DNA of 64,000 nt from Flectonema sp. DT1601 (GCA_964019425.1 OZ025782.1:248001-312000); one strand, 5' to 3'. Shown: positions 8,849 to 20,910, numbered from the stretch's first letter. Translations and numbers: made by a program. The notes: generated by a model from the sequence alone, not told the origin.

Positions 8849-10285
8849 TCAATTTGAATTTTTGACGTCTGGTCGTTTCACTATTACAGTCGAGTTAATG
8901 GATGAGTCGTCATCCAATTTGCGTTTTATTTTATCTTCGCATATCATCAAAGGTCCTATATTCGCAGGTGTCATTGTAACATCCATATCAGTCTGAGCTT
9001 TTAATGGTATCATATGGAAACTATACTCTGTAGTTCGGTACATCTTGTCAAAATGATCGAAAGGGAGTCTTAAATCTTTTGTGCCTTTAAGAATGTCTCG
9101 GATGATCATGGACTCAAATGAGACTAGCGCAACAATAAAGTGAGTCATCCTTGTTTTCGCTTTATGTAGAATAAGTGCTGCGGCTGCTTCAGGATAATCG
9201 AAATCTGCTGGGTTAACGAAGTACTCGATTCTCCTGTTGAATTTAGTCATGCAAGCCATGTTAAGTACTTGTAGCGAGAACCAACCATCTGGTGATGGTT
9301 TATGCTCTGAGTTGTTCGGTTCTACTTTAAGAGATTCTTCATAAAATCGCTGTTGGTAGTTTTGCAGAAAACTGAAGTTAATTCTATCGATATATAAATG
9401 ATCTGCAATGAAGTTGAGCGATGCCCATCCGCATTCTCCACCGAGAAGACCTTCTCCTGATGTTTGATGTAGGGATGGTGGAAATCGTTTATCCAAGGAA
9501 TGGCTTGTAGAGCCTGTGTGGTTAATTGTATCCTTTTCGATGCTTAATGGGACTTTGTGACTAAACTTCTCAAAAGTAAGGTTGATACGTCGACGCATTG
9601 CAGCTGCTGTATTACCATCATCAATGTGAGAGCTAATGAAGCGGAGGCATGCTGCTCTGATATTGTCAGATTTATAGCCCCGGTTGAGTAATCTATAAGT
9701 TACCGCTTCAAGTTCCTGTAAAAAGTCTGCCTGGTTGTTGCAGATTTTTAGAGCTCGTAAGATCATGGTGGTAAAGATACCTGAACCCATTGATTCTTGA
9801 GCTGCGGAATGCTGATGGGTAAACCTTGTTGGCGTAATATGCCAACCCCTGGCTTTGTCATTAACACTTAAACGAATCCATCGTTTATTTGTGTTAGTGA
9901 TCTCTATTCGGATACGAATTCCTATATAAGAGACGTCATCGATATTATTCGAAGTATCAGTGTAATCCATTGAGTATAGACTTGCTGGTGGAGGGTCACA
10001 ACTCCAGGTGAGGAAGTCGTCGATGTATCTACACGAGTGGTCATGTTGCCGAGCTAAGTCTAGATTTTTTGCTTCAATTAAAGAATCGATATATGCGGAT
10101 TCAACTCTATAGCAGTAGAGATTTGCTATATCGCTACTGGCGTTGCCACCCATTGGAATGCCTATTGTTTGTCTCCAAATATAACCTCTTAATGCAATAA
10201 AGGAGGAGTCAATACAGAATTCAAGTAATTTTTGACATTCTGCAAGCGCAAGAGAAGGGAATCGTGTAGGGTCACTCGATTCAAG
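8849..10285 (-). CDS. 5'-truncated Penelope-like reverse transcriptase with C-terminal Josephin-like protease domain
   Basis: Frame is open upstream of the listed ATG to 10285: LLEFCIDSSFIALRGYIWRQTIGIPMGGNASSDIANLY...RYIDD, thumb RFTHQHS..GIF..ILRALKIC; then C241/H338/D353 and DGWFSLQVL. Confidence 0.85.
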   Translation of the reverse strand, partial: LESSDPTRFPSLALAECQKLLEFCIDSSFIALRGYIWRQTIGIPMGGNASSDIANLYCYRVESAYIDSLIEAKNLDLARQHDHSCRYIDDFLTWSCDPPPASLYSMDYTDTSNNIDDVSYIGIRIRIEITNTNKRWIRLSVNDKARGWHITPTRFTHQHSAAQESMGSGIFTTMILRALKICNNQADFLQELEAVTYRLLNRGYKSDNIRAACLRFISSHIDDGNTAAAMRRRINLTFEKFSHKVPLSIEKDTINHTGSTSHSLDKRFPPSLHQTSGEGLLGGECGWASLNFIADHLYIDRINFSFLQNYQQRFYEESLKVEPNNSEHKPSPDGWFSLQVLNMACMTKFNRRIEYFVNPADFDYPEAAAALILHKAKTRMTHFIVALVSFESMIIRDILKGTKDLRLPFDHFDKMYRTTEYSFHMIPLKAQTDMDVTMTPANIGPLMICEDKIKRKLDDDSSINSTVIVKRPDVKNSN

Positions 10286-10490
10286 TTAGTTTATTATTAT
10301 AAAATATTTACTTTGAAGTCATGTAAGTATCGACCTCTTGCAGGCAAACTCAATGGCTAAAAGTAATTCTATTGATACATAGCATCATTAATTTTAGAAC
10401 AGAAAAAGTGAGAATAAGAAAATTAGAGATTAGTAAAAAGAAAAGTATTCATTTCTGCAGTTTCCTAATATCAAAAGGGTAATAGAATAT

Positions 10491-10560
10491 GTAGTTTCAG
10501 GTCTTAATCTCATACTACTTGTCCCTTTTTAGGCCTCCATCAGTAAGTTCTAAGGGACTT
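10491..10560 (-). ncRNA. Degenerate second copy of the hammerhead
   Basis: CUGAUGG instead of CUGAUGA; one stem II mismatch; UGAG wobble in stem I. Confidence 0.55.
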
Positions 10561-10975
10561 CAGTTAGTTAGTATTAATGGTTATCAGTCATAAGAAGGGG
10601 AGAGGGAGGGAAAATTCAATCGAATGCAAAAGTTCGTAGGTATTAGGAAGTTCTAAGGGACTTCAGTTAGTTAATTAGCTAGCAGTATTAGTAAGTTCTA
10701 AGGGACTTCAGTTAGTTTAGTTAGCAAAATACAAACTGATGACTACGAGGGGTCTGGGTAGCCCGCATCAGTAAGTACCCAATCGCGAAGATTGTACTTT
10801 CACAGCTTCGGCTGGAAGTGATCGACTTCCAGCCTCCACCTTGCCCAGAGGCTAACAGGTTGTAAACAACTAAAGAAAATAAAAGAGAAATGATCTGGGA
10901 GTGGGGGGGACTTGGATAAATAAATCAAGGTTAACACGCAACAAATTAGACATGAATCATTATAACTGGATTCTG

Positions 10976-11010
<35 letters not shown>

Positions 11011-13289
11011 GGAAGTCCAATACATTGCGTACTGTGCATCGCTGATACAGCAAACTAGGGAGCATCGGGTTAACTCCCTAGAGCTACGAGGCAACAGCAA
11101 CGTAATTAGACCCAATCTTATTAGGATTGTTTTTTTATAGCTTCGGCTGACGGGGCATAATGAACACAGTATGCCTATTGTCAGCTTTCCACCTTGTCCG
11201 ATTGTTGTCAGGAGGTGATATGAGGATAACTAAAGAGAAAAGAAAACAAATAAATGAATATATAAATTTAAAAAGAAAATAAAATAAAATATATAAAAAC
11301 AAAGACGCTGGGGGCGGGGCGTTTGGATTCTGTAAGGGATAGAATTTTTCTTTATTTTATTTTTTTTGATAATGTTGTATATAACTAAAGGAGAGTTATC
11401 GAACACACACGCAAATCGCATGCTTTAAATAAACTACCAGAGAAAGAAATGCTGTCAAGTCAAATTGACCCGGGGACCACGCACGTGGGGGGGAGGTGAA
11501 AAAAATAAAAAGTCTTCCTTCTTTCATATACATCTTTCTTTATAATACGACCATATGCCCACACTCCACGAAAGAAAATAGAAAACCCCGGAACAGTACC
11601 GAGGATCGTTCACCCCCAGTTGTCCAAAGCATTATAATTGTACTGTGGGCTTACCGAAAAGCTTTAGAAATGTACCACAAAAAACTGGGCAGCACATAGC
11701 CATATCACTCAGCAAGAAATGAAAACCAAAAGGATCAGGTAAGATGACAGTCAGTTTAAGGTCATAACTGCGACGGACCTAGACTTCATTCTATATTGAA
11801 GTTGCTTATCGTTCTAAGATAAAAATCCATCGGAGCTCGCCAGGATAGGGCTAGCAATATTTATTTGCTTTTGTTCAATTTGAATTTTAATTTTTGACGT
11901 CTGGTCGTTTCACTATTACAGTCGAGCCTTGATCTTAAATAAGTTAGTATTAATAATTATCAGTCAATTAAAAAAAAAAAAAGGCAAAATTTCGTAGGAC
12001 AACAAACAAGTTGGTTTCGGACTAAGATTAAAAACAATCTTTCTTCGGACCATTCCCCTTACCCAGCCCTCTTTAGTGAAGAAAGCAAGGGGGACACTGC
12101 TCCTAAATCAGTTAGTTAGTATATATATACTTTGGAGTCACGTAAGTATCAACCTCTTGCAGGCAAACACAATGGCTAAAAGTAATTCTATACTAAAACT
12201 GTACCACTGGCCAGAAGATACGCAAGCTAACCACATGCACGAAGCAGGCAGTATAAGTGACGGATGATAAAGAGAGGAGGAAAAGTGGCAGAGAAATTTT
12301 GCTATTCGGTCCGATTCTTTACTCTTTTTTTCGCTGCGCAAAGAGTATTCATTCAGTTATTTTTTTTTTTGCCTTTCTTTTTGCCGCTTCTGCCAAACCC
12401 ATCCTTGGATTTTCATTTTTATCTTTCAACTACACCTCACTGTGTACTTAAACCGGTAAAATAAAGCATCCAACGAAAGCAAAAAAAAAATCGGAAAATA
12501 AAATTATTGAACCCTCCGAATAGCAAAATCCAGCGCAAAATAAATAAGTAAAAAAGAATCCGTGTTATATACGAGATACTATTGTCAATTATATCTATTT
12601 TTATATATATTTGTACCTACAAACCCATTGTTCGGTAGAAACAGAATTGCGGCAGCGTAAACTAACCTATTTCCTTTATTAGGATTTTGTACTGGTTGCG
12701 CACAAACAAAATAAAAGTGTGAGTGTAAGTAAAAAAGTGATGTTTGCCGATTCCTTCTTTTTCATCTTTTTTCGAAGCAGAGTCTTGTGTGATTCCCCAG
12801 CTTATTTCAAACAAGGAAAGAAGAACAAGAAATCTCTAGCACGAACTGAGACCAAAGGATCGTTGACATGTTTTCACACCGTGGATCGGTGGACTGATTA
12901 GATTTCTTTACCCCGCACTAGTGTACCAGCCGGTGTATTTGCATTAAATAACAGAAACAGATTCAATCCATAAGAGAAGAGGAATAACTTGATACTAATA
13001 TTAAATGGAAAGCCAACTTGAAACCGACCAAAACGAGAATAGGGTTCGGCCAAACCTGGTTGCAATATAAGAAAATCAACAATTGGTATCATGTAAAAAA
13101 TCCCATATGTGTTGTCGAAGATGGGGATTCGGGGCCACGAACTACAAGTTGAGCGCCCCATGCCTATCTACGCACAGACGAGTTTCCTACACGCCGCACT
13201 AACCAAGATGAGGTATGAGAGCGCCAAAAACAAGTATACATGATCAGCTGTCTAAGGCTTGACATGAATAGCTGTGGAGTGGCGAAACC

Positions 13290-13505
13290 ATTTAGTTTAG
13301 TTTAGTTTAGTTTAACGTTCCCAAGTCTCACTGAGCCACACAAAACTGTCCCTTCGGAGTTTCTGTGAAGTAGCCCACAGAATACCAAAGATGCAATTAT
13401 TTTAAACTATTCATTCTCACCTATCTCAGCCATCTCGGTGTATTTTGGTACACTGCCCTATTATTGTTTGAAAAAAAGAGACCTTCAGCTAATAAAAATC
13501 ATTTC
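13290..13505 (-). mobile_element. LINE/SINE-type 3' end with (CTAAA)n tail
   Basis: Minus strand ...cttgggaacgtt-aaactaaactaaactaaactaaa; present only in unit 2. Confidence 0.5.
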
Positions 13506-13555
13506 ATTGAGAGAGCAGCCAGTGTTTGAATAATATATATTTTAGTGAGTTTCTT

Positions 13556-14251
13556 TTAAACAGAATTCAACGTATCTAATGAATCAGGTTGCTGTTTAAT
13601 TATCAATTCTTCGATCTGTTCTTTTTCATCTTCGCAATTGATGTATTCAAGTTCGTGTGTTTCTCTGAACTTCAGAGTTGGTATTCTAATTCCGTATGAT
13701 CGACAACCGTTCCAACCCTGACATGTTAGTATAAGAGATAACGCAATTACTGATATTGTGTATTTAGTTGTTTTCTCAAAAGGATTTAACTGCTCTGGAA
13801 ACCATATTCTTGTCGTAAAGTAGAACGGCATTAGACACAAACCAACAACAAGTAAACCTTTCCAAAATATTAGCGGAAATGATCGAACTGATTTCATACG
13901 TGCATTTGCGATGTTCAATTTTATGTCAGTTTTTGGAAGATCAGCTACTTCTCTATGATTAAAATATATCTGAAAACCCACTACCAGAATATTAGCAACA
14001 ACAGACATACCAAACGCAAATGTCACTGAACAACCCAACCATATGAGCAGTACAGTAACCAGTACTACAACAATTTCAGCAGACACTCCGCTGATAAGAA
14101 GATTTCTGCGATGAGCTATAAATACTTCCTTCTTTCTCTTTTCACACGTAATTATTCTTCCAGAACCGAATCTTCCATTTGGATAGTAGATTGTGCTTCC
14201 GTCTTCCTGATCAGCGAAGACACTTTCTGTGAATCTGTCCAAGAATCTCAT
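13556..14251 (-). CDS. Uncharacterised membrane protein, copy 2
   Basis: Differs from copy 1 at only about 4 residues. Confidence 0.75.
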   Translation of the reverse strand: MRFLDRFTESVFADQEDGSTIYYPNGRFGSGRIITCEKRKKEVFIAHRRNLLISGVSAEIVVVLVTVLLIWLGCSVTFAFGMSVVANILVVGFQIYFNHREVADLPKTDIKLNIANARMKSVRSFPLIFWKGLLVVGLCLMPFYFTTRIWFPEQLNPFEKTTKYTISVIALSLILTCQGWNGCRSYGIRIPTLKFRETHELEYINCEDEKEQIEELIIKQQPDSLDTLNSV

Positions 14252-14872
14252 TTTATATTTTTTTTTCGTGTATACCACACTAATTTAAAAAAAAGAAACC
14301 TTAACTCAAACAGTTTCTTTGCAAAGCAGTAGTGCCGGAAGCATCATCTCCAGGCTTCTTAGCAAAATCCAAAAAAAGAAAAAAGATATGTGTCTTAATT
14401 GAGGGGATGCTTAAGTTGACATAATTCAACTCGAAAACAGTTTAATTATCGTCGAGTGGGGATTCCGGCGCCGAGCGCGAAAAGCGCGAGCACTCACGGG
14501 CTCAATAATTTTACGTTTGAAAGAAGCGTGAAATTAGGGCTCATAATCCCACTGAGGTCATAATCACACTCTTACTGATGCCCATTATCCACATCCATTA
14601 AATTATCCTCCCGGAAAACTTAAAATCACCCCCAACATAATTGCCATTATGTCAAAATCACCCGGATTATTACAGGTCAATAACTACATCGCCACAGCCA
14701 TTTTAAACCAAAAACAGAAAATCATAATTTTACTGCTGTATTAGATTTGGTCTTAACTTCACACTTTTGTGATAATTTCGATTTGCCAGCCATCGGCCTT
14801 GTGTACGGAATGTAATTACCGGTGATGAAATGTGCACAGAAATAATTCGTTTATGGCATTAAATAAATAAAT

Positions 14873-16791
14873 GAGGATGTGCAGAAACCCCCCCCAATTT
14901 TTACCAGGCTATCCCGTGGGCACCTAACAACCAATCCGAGCCCACCACCCCACGAAAATAGTATCCAAAAAACTCAAATCCGGTACTGGGGCACCCTTTT
15001 ACTGCCCACCAGTTTAAAAATTTCACTTTTTTGACTGTTTCTAGTAACATTTGCCTTGTAAGCTGTGTAACACTGGTAGAAATTATGTTTGAAATTTTGC
15101 TTTTCTTGAAGGCCCAGATTTCCTGCGATTTAGATGCGAGTGTCAGCGCAGATGTGATATTGCCAAAGTGTCGATCACATTCGGACTTGCCATGCCGACT
15201 AGGGAAAAAGTTAACCCAAGCTGATTAACTTATTTTACAGAACAGGCTGATGACGGTTGTGTTCTCAAGCTGCCTACCAGCATCAGCCCAATAGTGAATC
15301 ATCTTATCATTCTCAGACATCAAGAAGAACTTATTCATAACCGGATACGTTACTATCGCATTCTGGTTGATGTGTGGGAGTAGGAAGTTGTTATGGCCAC
15401 ACTGAACCTCAGTTCCAAACTGCTCATGTAGTACACATCCAAGCAGACTATTTCCCCTGTTGATAGAAAGGGGAATTTGGCCCTTCTGTCATTAGAAGCC
15501 CTTTTCTTTATAATCCAGAGTCATGATATAGTCACCAGGATGGATTAGATGTATCTTCTCAATACACCTGACATGTCTCTTATCTTCAATGTGAGAATCT
15601 ATTTCAATAATTCCTCTCATTGTTGTTCGCTTCTCAGCTTCGGACTTTATGAGCGCCAGAAGGAAGTTACGATGATGTTGAAGGCCCCAGAGATCCATCC
15701 ATTACGTCTGTCAACATCACAGATACATGTGGCGAATACTGAAGATGCCGGGCAGGCAAGCTTCCTTCAGGGATTGCTGCCTGTGAGACGGTAGTTGCAC
15801 ACATTCATACAGCGCCGAAACTGCTGAAACTCAACTCCAGGTAGAGAACAGTACTGTGTGTATGAGATAGTGTCTTTTAGAGGGGAGTTATTATTAACTA
15901 GGTCATCATGTTTTCAACAGCAACAGTAACCGCCTCTCTCCCTTTTCTTGATACATGGAGGAGTTTTATACTATGGTACCACTCGAGGTTACTAGTTCAT
16001 CTTGAACCTGATTTTTCATGTCAGGTGTTACAGCTGACACTCCACCTTCTTGTCCCTGTTCTTCCACAATTCCTTTCCTACTTCTATCCCAGTCTTCTGC
16101 AGTCACCTCTGCTATCCCCAGCCACTGGAACATAGAGCTTGTAGCAGCGCCCTCAAGCAGCTATAGATTCTAGAAAAACTCCAGTAATCCTGAGGGTGCA
16201 CTTATTGTGAGCAACATGCTCACATTGCTCAACCATCACTGCCAGCAAGGGTGACTCAGAATCACCACCCGATATCGTACTCTGCAGTTCTCACGATCTA
16301 TGATTCTCCTGTCTCATCACTTCTCCAGTTCCTATCATTCCAGTCTTCATAGGAGCCCAGCGTGTAAACAAATTTCTGCAATGTAGCTGCTAAGCTGGTA
16401 TTCGAGTATTTTGAGGGCAACCAACAGAGATACTAGGCAGAAGTACCAGAAACAGTCAAAAAATATGGAATTTTGAAACTGGTGAGCAGTTAGAGGATGC
16501 CCCAGTACCGGATTTGGGTTTTTTGGATAGTATTTTCGTGGGGTGGTGAGCTCGGATTGGGTATTAGGTGCCCACAGAATAGCCTGGTAAAAATTGGGGG
16601 GGGACCTTTGATACGATACGAAAAGATTTATCTGGGAAGAATACTGCAGGTCTTTGCACAAAAAATAAAAATACTGTCACCATGAAACAGGAGGCTTTGA
16701 ACATTGCCCGTTTTCTTTGGTGGAGGCCACGTGAACGTAGTTGAGCACCTCTTGCCTACGCTACCGGGGGGGGGAGTTTCTGCACCGCCTC
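14873..16791 (-). mobile_element. Decayed long-TIR DDE transposon, copy 2
   Basis: Near-identical to 5667-7592 with identical flanks, so it was copied with the tandem unit rather than by transposition. Confidence 0.8.
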
Positions 16792-19254
16792 AAATAAATA
16801 AGGGAAAACCTACAAATCCACTCAAAGGTTCTGGTGGAAGCTCCACAAGACCGTGACTGTAGTATCCGATCAGTCAAACTACCCTGCCACTGATTTTCAC
16901 TTTAACAGCGAGCTATTAGTATATATTATTATGTCAGCTGTTTAAAAGAGAGGGAAGGGCTAAGCATGCGATGTCTTCAACTTCAGAGTTGGTTCTTCTA
17001 TTTTGTATGATCGACAACCATTCCAACCTTGGTGTATTAATGTGATGGAGAATACGATTATTGATATTGCGAATGTTGTTGTTTTTTGAACTCCACGCAG
17101 TTGATCTGGAAACCAAATTCATTATTATATCTCCCATTCTGTCGAAAAGCAATAATTAAAGAAGAGGAGAGACTTAATTCAGACGAGGAAAGAAGCCTCG
17201 AACACGAGAAGAGGATATAATCATCTCATTGATAATAACAGGCGTTTTGAATAAGATCTTTTCTTTGGCTCCATCATCATTATGGTTAAATATTAACAAT
17301 TAGTTACACCTGACCAATACCGAGTATAAGATTCATCCCCAGTTTGTCCGAAGTATTATAATTGTAATGAGGGAGTACCGAAAAAGCTTTATAAAAGTAC
17401 CTCAACATTTTGGGAAGCGCACAGCCCTTTCACAGCAACAAATGAAAACAAAAGGTTCACATATATGATGAACGGTCAGTTTATCGCTGGATCAGTATGC
17501 ATTTTGCTAAGAAAGTTAGTAGGAAATAAAAATATTGTTGGGATTGTCAAACAAACGAATAAAAATAATTCGTTCAGGATGTTTATTTGCTGTTGTTCAA
17601 TTTGAATTTTAATTTTTGACGTCTGGTCGTTTCACTATTACAGTCGAGCCTTGATCTTAAATAAGTTAGTATTAATAATTATCAGTCAATCAAAAAAAAA
17701 AAGGCAAAATTTCGTAGGACAACAAACAAGTTGGTTTCGGACTAAGATTAAAAACAATCTTTCTTCGGACCATTCCCCTTACCCAGCCCTCTTTAGTGAA
17801 GAAAGCAAGGGGGACACTGCTCCTAAATCAGTTAGTTAGTATATATATACTTTGGAGTCACGTAAGTATCAACCTCTTGCAGGCAAACACAATGGCTAAA
17901 AGTAATTCTATACTAAAACTGTATTGACCAGAAGATACGCAAGCTAACCACACGCACGAAGCAGGCAGTAAAAGTATCATTAATTTTAGAACAGAAAAGT
18001 GAGAATAAAAAGTAGAGACTAGTAAAATAAAAGTATTCATTTCTGCAGTTTCCTAACATCACAGGGTAATATTAATTTTAGAAGGCAGTATAGTTAGTTA
18101 GTATTAATGTTTATCAGTCAAAAGAAGGGGAGAGGGAGGGAAAATTCAATCGAATGCAACTAACATGTTAGTTTGTTATCAAAATACAAGCTGATGACTA
18201 GGGGTTTGGGTACCCAGCATCAGTAAGGACCCAATCGCGAAGATCGTACTTTCACAGCTTCGGCTGGAAGTGATCGACTTCCGGCTCCCACCTTGCCCAG
18301 AGGCTAACAGGTTGTAAACAACTAAAGAAAATAAAAGAGAAATGATCTGGGAGTGGGGGGAGGTGAAAAAAATAAAAAGTCTTCTTTCTTTCATATACAT
18401 GTTTCTTTATAATACGACCACATGTTCCATATGCCCACACTCCACGAAAGAAAATAGAAAACCCCGGAACAGTACCGAGGATCGTTCACCCCCAGTTGTC
18501 CAAAGCATTATAATTGTACTGTGGGCTTACCGAAAGCTTTAGAAACGTACCACAAAAGATTTGGGCAGCACATAGCCATATCACTCAGCAAGAAATGAAA
18601 ACCAAAAAGATCAGGTAAGATGACAGTCAGTTTAAGGTCATAACTGCGACGGATCTAAATGTATAAGTGACGGATGATAAAGAGAGGAGAGAAATTTTGC
18701 TATTCGGTCCGATTCTTTACTCTTTTTTCGCTACGCAAAGAGTATTCATTCAGTTATTTCTTTTTGCCTTTCTTTTTGCCGCTTCTGCCAAACCCATCCT
18801 TGGATTTTCATTTTTATCTTTCAACTACACCTCACTGTGTACTTAAACCGGTAAAATAAAACATCCAACGAAAGCAAAAAAAAAATCGGAAAATAAAATT
18901 ATTGGACCCTCCGAATAGCAAAATCCAGCGCAAAATAAATAAGTAAAAAAGAATCCTTGTTATATACGAGATACTATTGTCAATTACATCTATTTTTACT
19001 ACAAACTAATCTATTCCTTTATTAGGATTGTGTGTGGTTGCGCACAAACAAAATAAAAGTGAGAGTGATTAAGTAAAAAAGTGATGTTTGCCGATTCTTT
19101 TTTTTTTCATCTTTTTTCGAAGCAGAGACTTGTGTGATTCCCCAGCTTATTTCAAACAAGGAAAGAAATCTCTATCTCGAACTGAGACCAAAGGATCGTT
19201 GACAAAAAAAAAAAAAAAAAAAAAACATGTTAACGATCATATTTTTTTTTCGAG

Positions 19255-19334
19255 AGAGGGTGGTCTAGTGGTGCCGCGCCTAACAGCGATCAAGCTTCAC
19301 GTGGTCTGCCTGGGTTCAATAACAGCCGGTGTCA
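19255..19334 (+). pseudogene. Degenerate tRNA-like sequence / SINE head
   Basis: A-box-like TGGTCTAGTGG and B-box-like CTGGGTTCAAT; cloverleaf incomplete. Confidence 0.35.
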
Positions 19335-19640
19335 AAGTCCATGATCTTTGCATTAAATAACAGAAACAGATTCAATCCACAACTACTATGAAATGGAAAA
19401 CCAACTTGAAACCGGCCAAAACGAGAATAGGGTTCGGCCAAACCTGGTTGAAATATAAGAAAATCAACAATTGGTATCATGTAAAAAATCCCATATGTGC
19501 TGCCGAAGATGGGGATTCGGGGCCACGAACTACAAGTTGAGCGCCCCATGCCCTGTAGCCCGTCACAGCTTGAAATAGAGGGGGAGAGATTGATTAAGAG
19601 CAGCCAGTGTTTGAATAATATATATTTTAGTGAGTTTCTT

Positions 19641-20336
19641 TTAAACAGAATTCAACGTATCTAATGAATCAGGTTGCTGTTTAATTATCAATTCTTCGAT
19701 CTGTTCTTTTTCATCTTCGCAATTGATGTCTTCGAGTTCGTGTGTTTCTCTGAACTTCAGAGTTGGTTCTTCTATTTTGTATGATCGACAACCATTCCAA
19801 CCTTGGTGTATTAATGTGATGGAGAATACGATTATTGATATTGCGAATGTTGTTGTTTTTTGAACTCCACGCAGTTGATCTGGAAACCAAACTCTAATCG
19901 TAAAGTACAACAGTATCACATACAAACCAACAACAAGTAAACCTTTCCAAAATATTAGTGGAAAAGATCGTACTGACCTCGCTCGTGCATTTGCGACATT
20001 CAATTTTATATTTGTTTTTGGAAGATCAGCTACCTCTCTTCGATTAAAATATATTTGAAAATAAAATATCGGAATACAAGCAATAAATGCCATCCCATGC
20101 GCAAATTCCACAGAGCAACCCAACAGCATCAGCAGTAAGGGACCAACTCCTGTAACTACTCCAATACACACTCCGCTGATAACAAGATTTCTGCGATGAG
20201 CTATAAATACTTCCTTCTTTCTCTTTTCACACGTAATTATTCTTCCAGAACCGAATGTTCCATTTGGATAGTGGATTGTGCTTCCGTCTTCCTGATCAGC
20301 GAAGAAACTTTCTGTGAATCTATCCAAGAATCTCAT
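19641..20336 (-). CDS. Uncharacterised membrane protein, copy 3 (divergent)
   Basis: Intact ORF; ends nearly identical to copies 1 and 2, TM segments diverged. Confidence 0.8.
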   Translation of the reverse strand: MRFLDRFTESFFADQEDGSTIHYPNGTFGSGRIITCEKRKKEVFIAHRRNLVISGVCIGVVTGVGPLLLMLLGCSVEFAHGMAFIACIPIFYFQIYFNRREVADLPKTNIKLNVANARARSVRSFPLIFWKGLLVVGLYVILLYFTIRVWFPDQLRGVQKTTTFAISIIVFSITLIHQGWNGCRSYKIEEPTLKFRETHELEDINCEDEKEQIEELIIKQQPDSLDTLNSV

Positions 20337-20878
20337 TTTATTTTATTTTTTTCGTGTATACCACACTAATTTAAAAACAAAATTATTTCAAAAAAAGAAA
20401 CCTTAACTCAAACAGTTTCTTTGCAAAGCAGTAGTGCCGGAAGCATCATCTCCAGGCTTCTTAGCAAAATCCAAAAAAACAAAAAGATAAAAAAATAAAT
20501 AAGGGAAAAACCTACAAATCTACTCAAAGATTTTGGTGGAAGCTCCACAAGACCGTGACTGTGGTATCCTTTTCTCCAAACTTTAGGTTGGACTTGTAGG
20601 ATTGCCCATAAAATAATAGTTATAACAATTACTCACACACTTATCTATATTAATTTAATAAATGCAACACACAGTAATAAAATTAAAAGAAAATAAAGTA
20701 AAGTAAGTTGACTTTTTGAAATTTTTTCTGGGTTGGAAAAAAAAAAAAAAATAAAAAAAAATAAAATAACAATTTAATACAAGGCAACAAAGAAGAATAA
20801 TAATAAAAACAATTGCGAAGCTAATCTCTGCGCCGGTACCTTCGCTTTCTCGGAATAGCAAGGCTGCAGAGTAGCAAA

Positions 20879-20910
<32 letters not shown>

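Larger units (their letters stand above)
903..20569. repeat. Imperfect tandem array, three units (~903-7659, ~7660-16868, ~16869-20569)
   Basis: Same ORFs and spacers recur with offsets of about 6.76 kb and 9.2 kb; the shared sequence gaccgtgactgt(a/g)gtatcc marks the unit boundary. Confidence 0.9.

Noticed and set aside
13291..13313. (TTTAG)n and (TTAG)n as telomeric repeats
   Set aside because: Short, internal and attached to element ends; better explained as retroelement tails.
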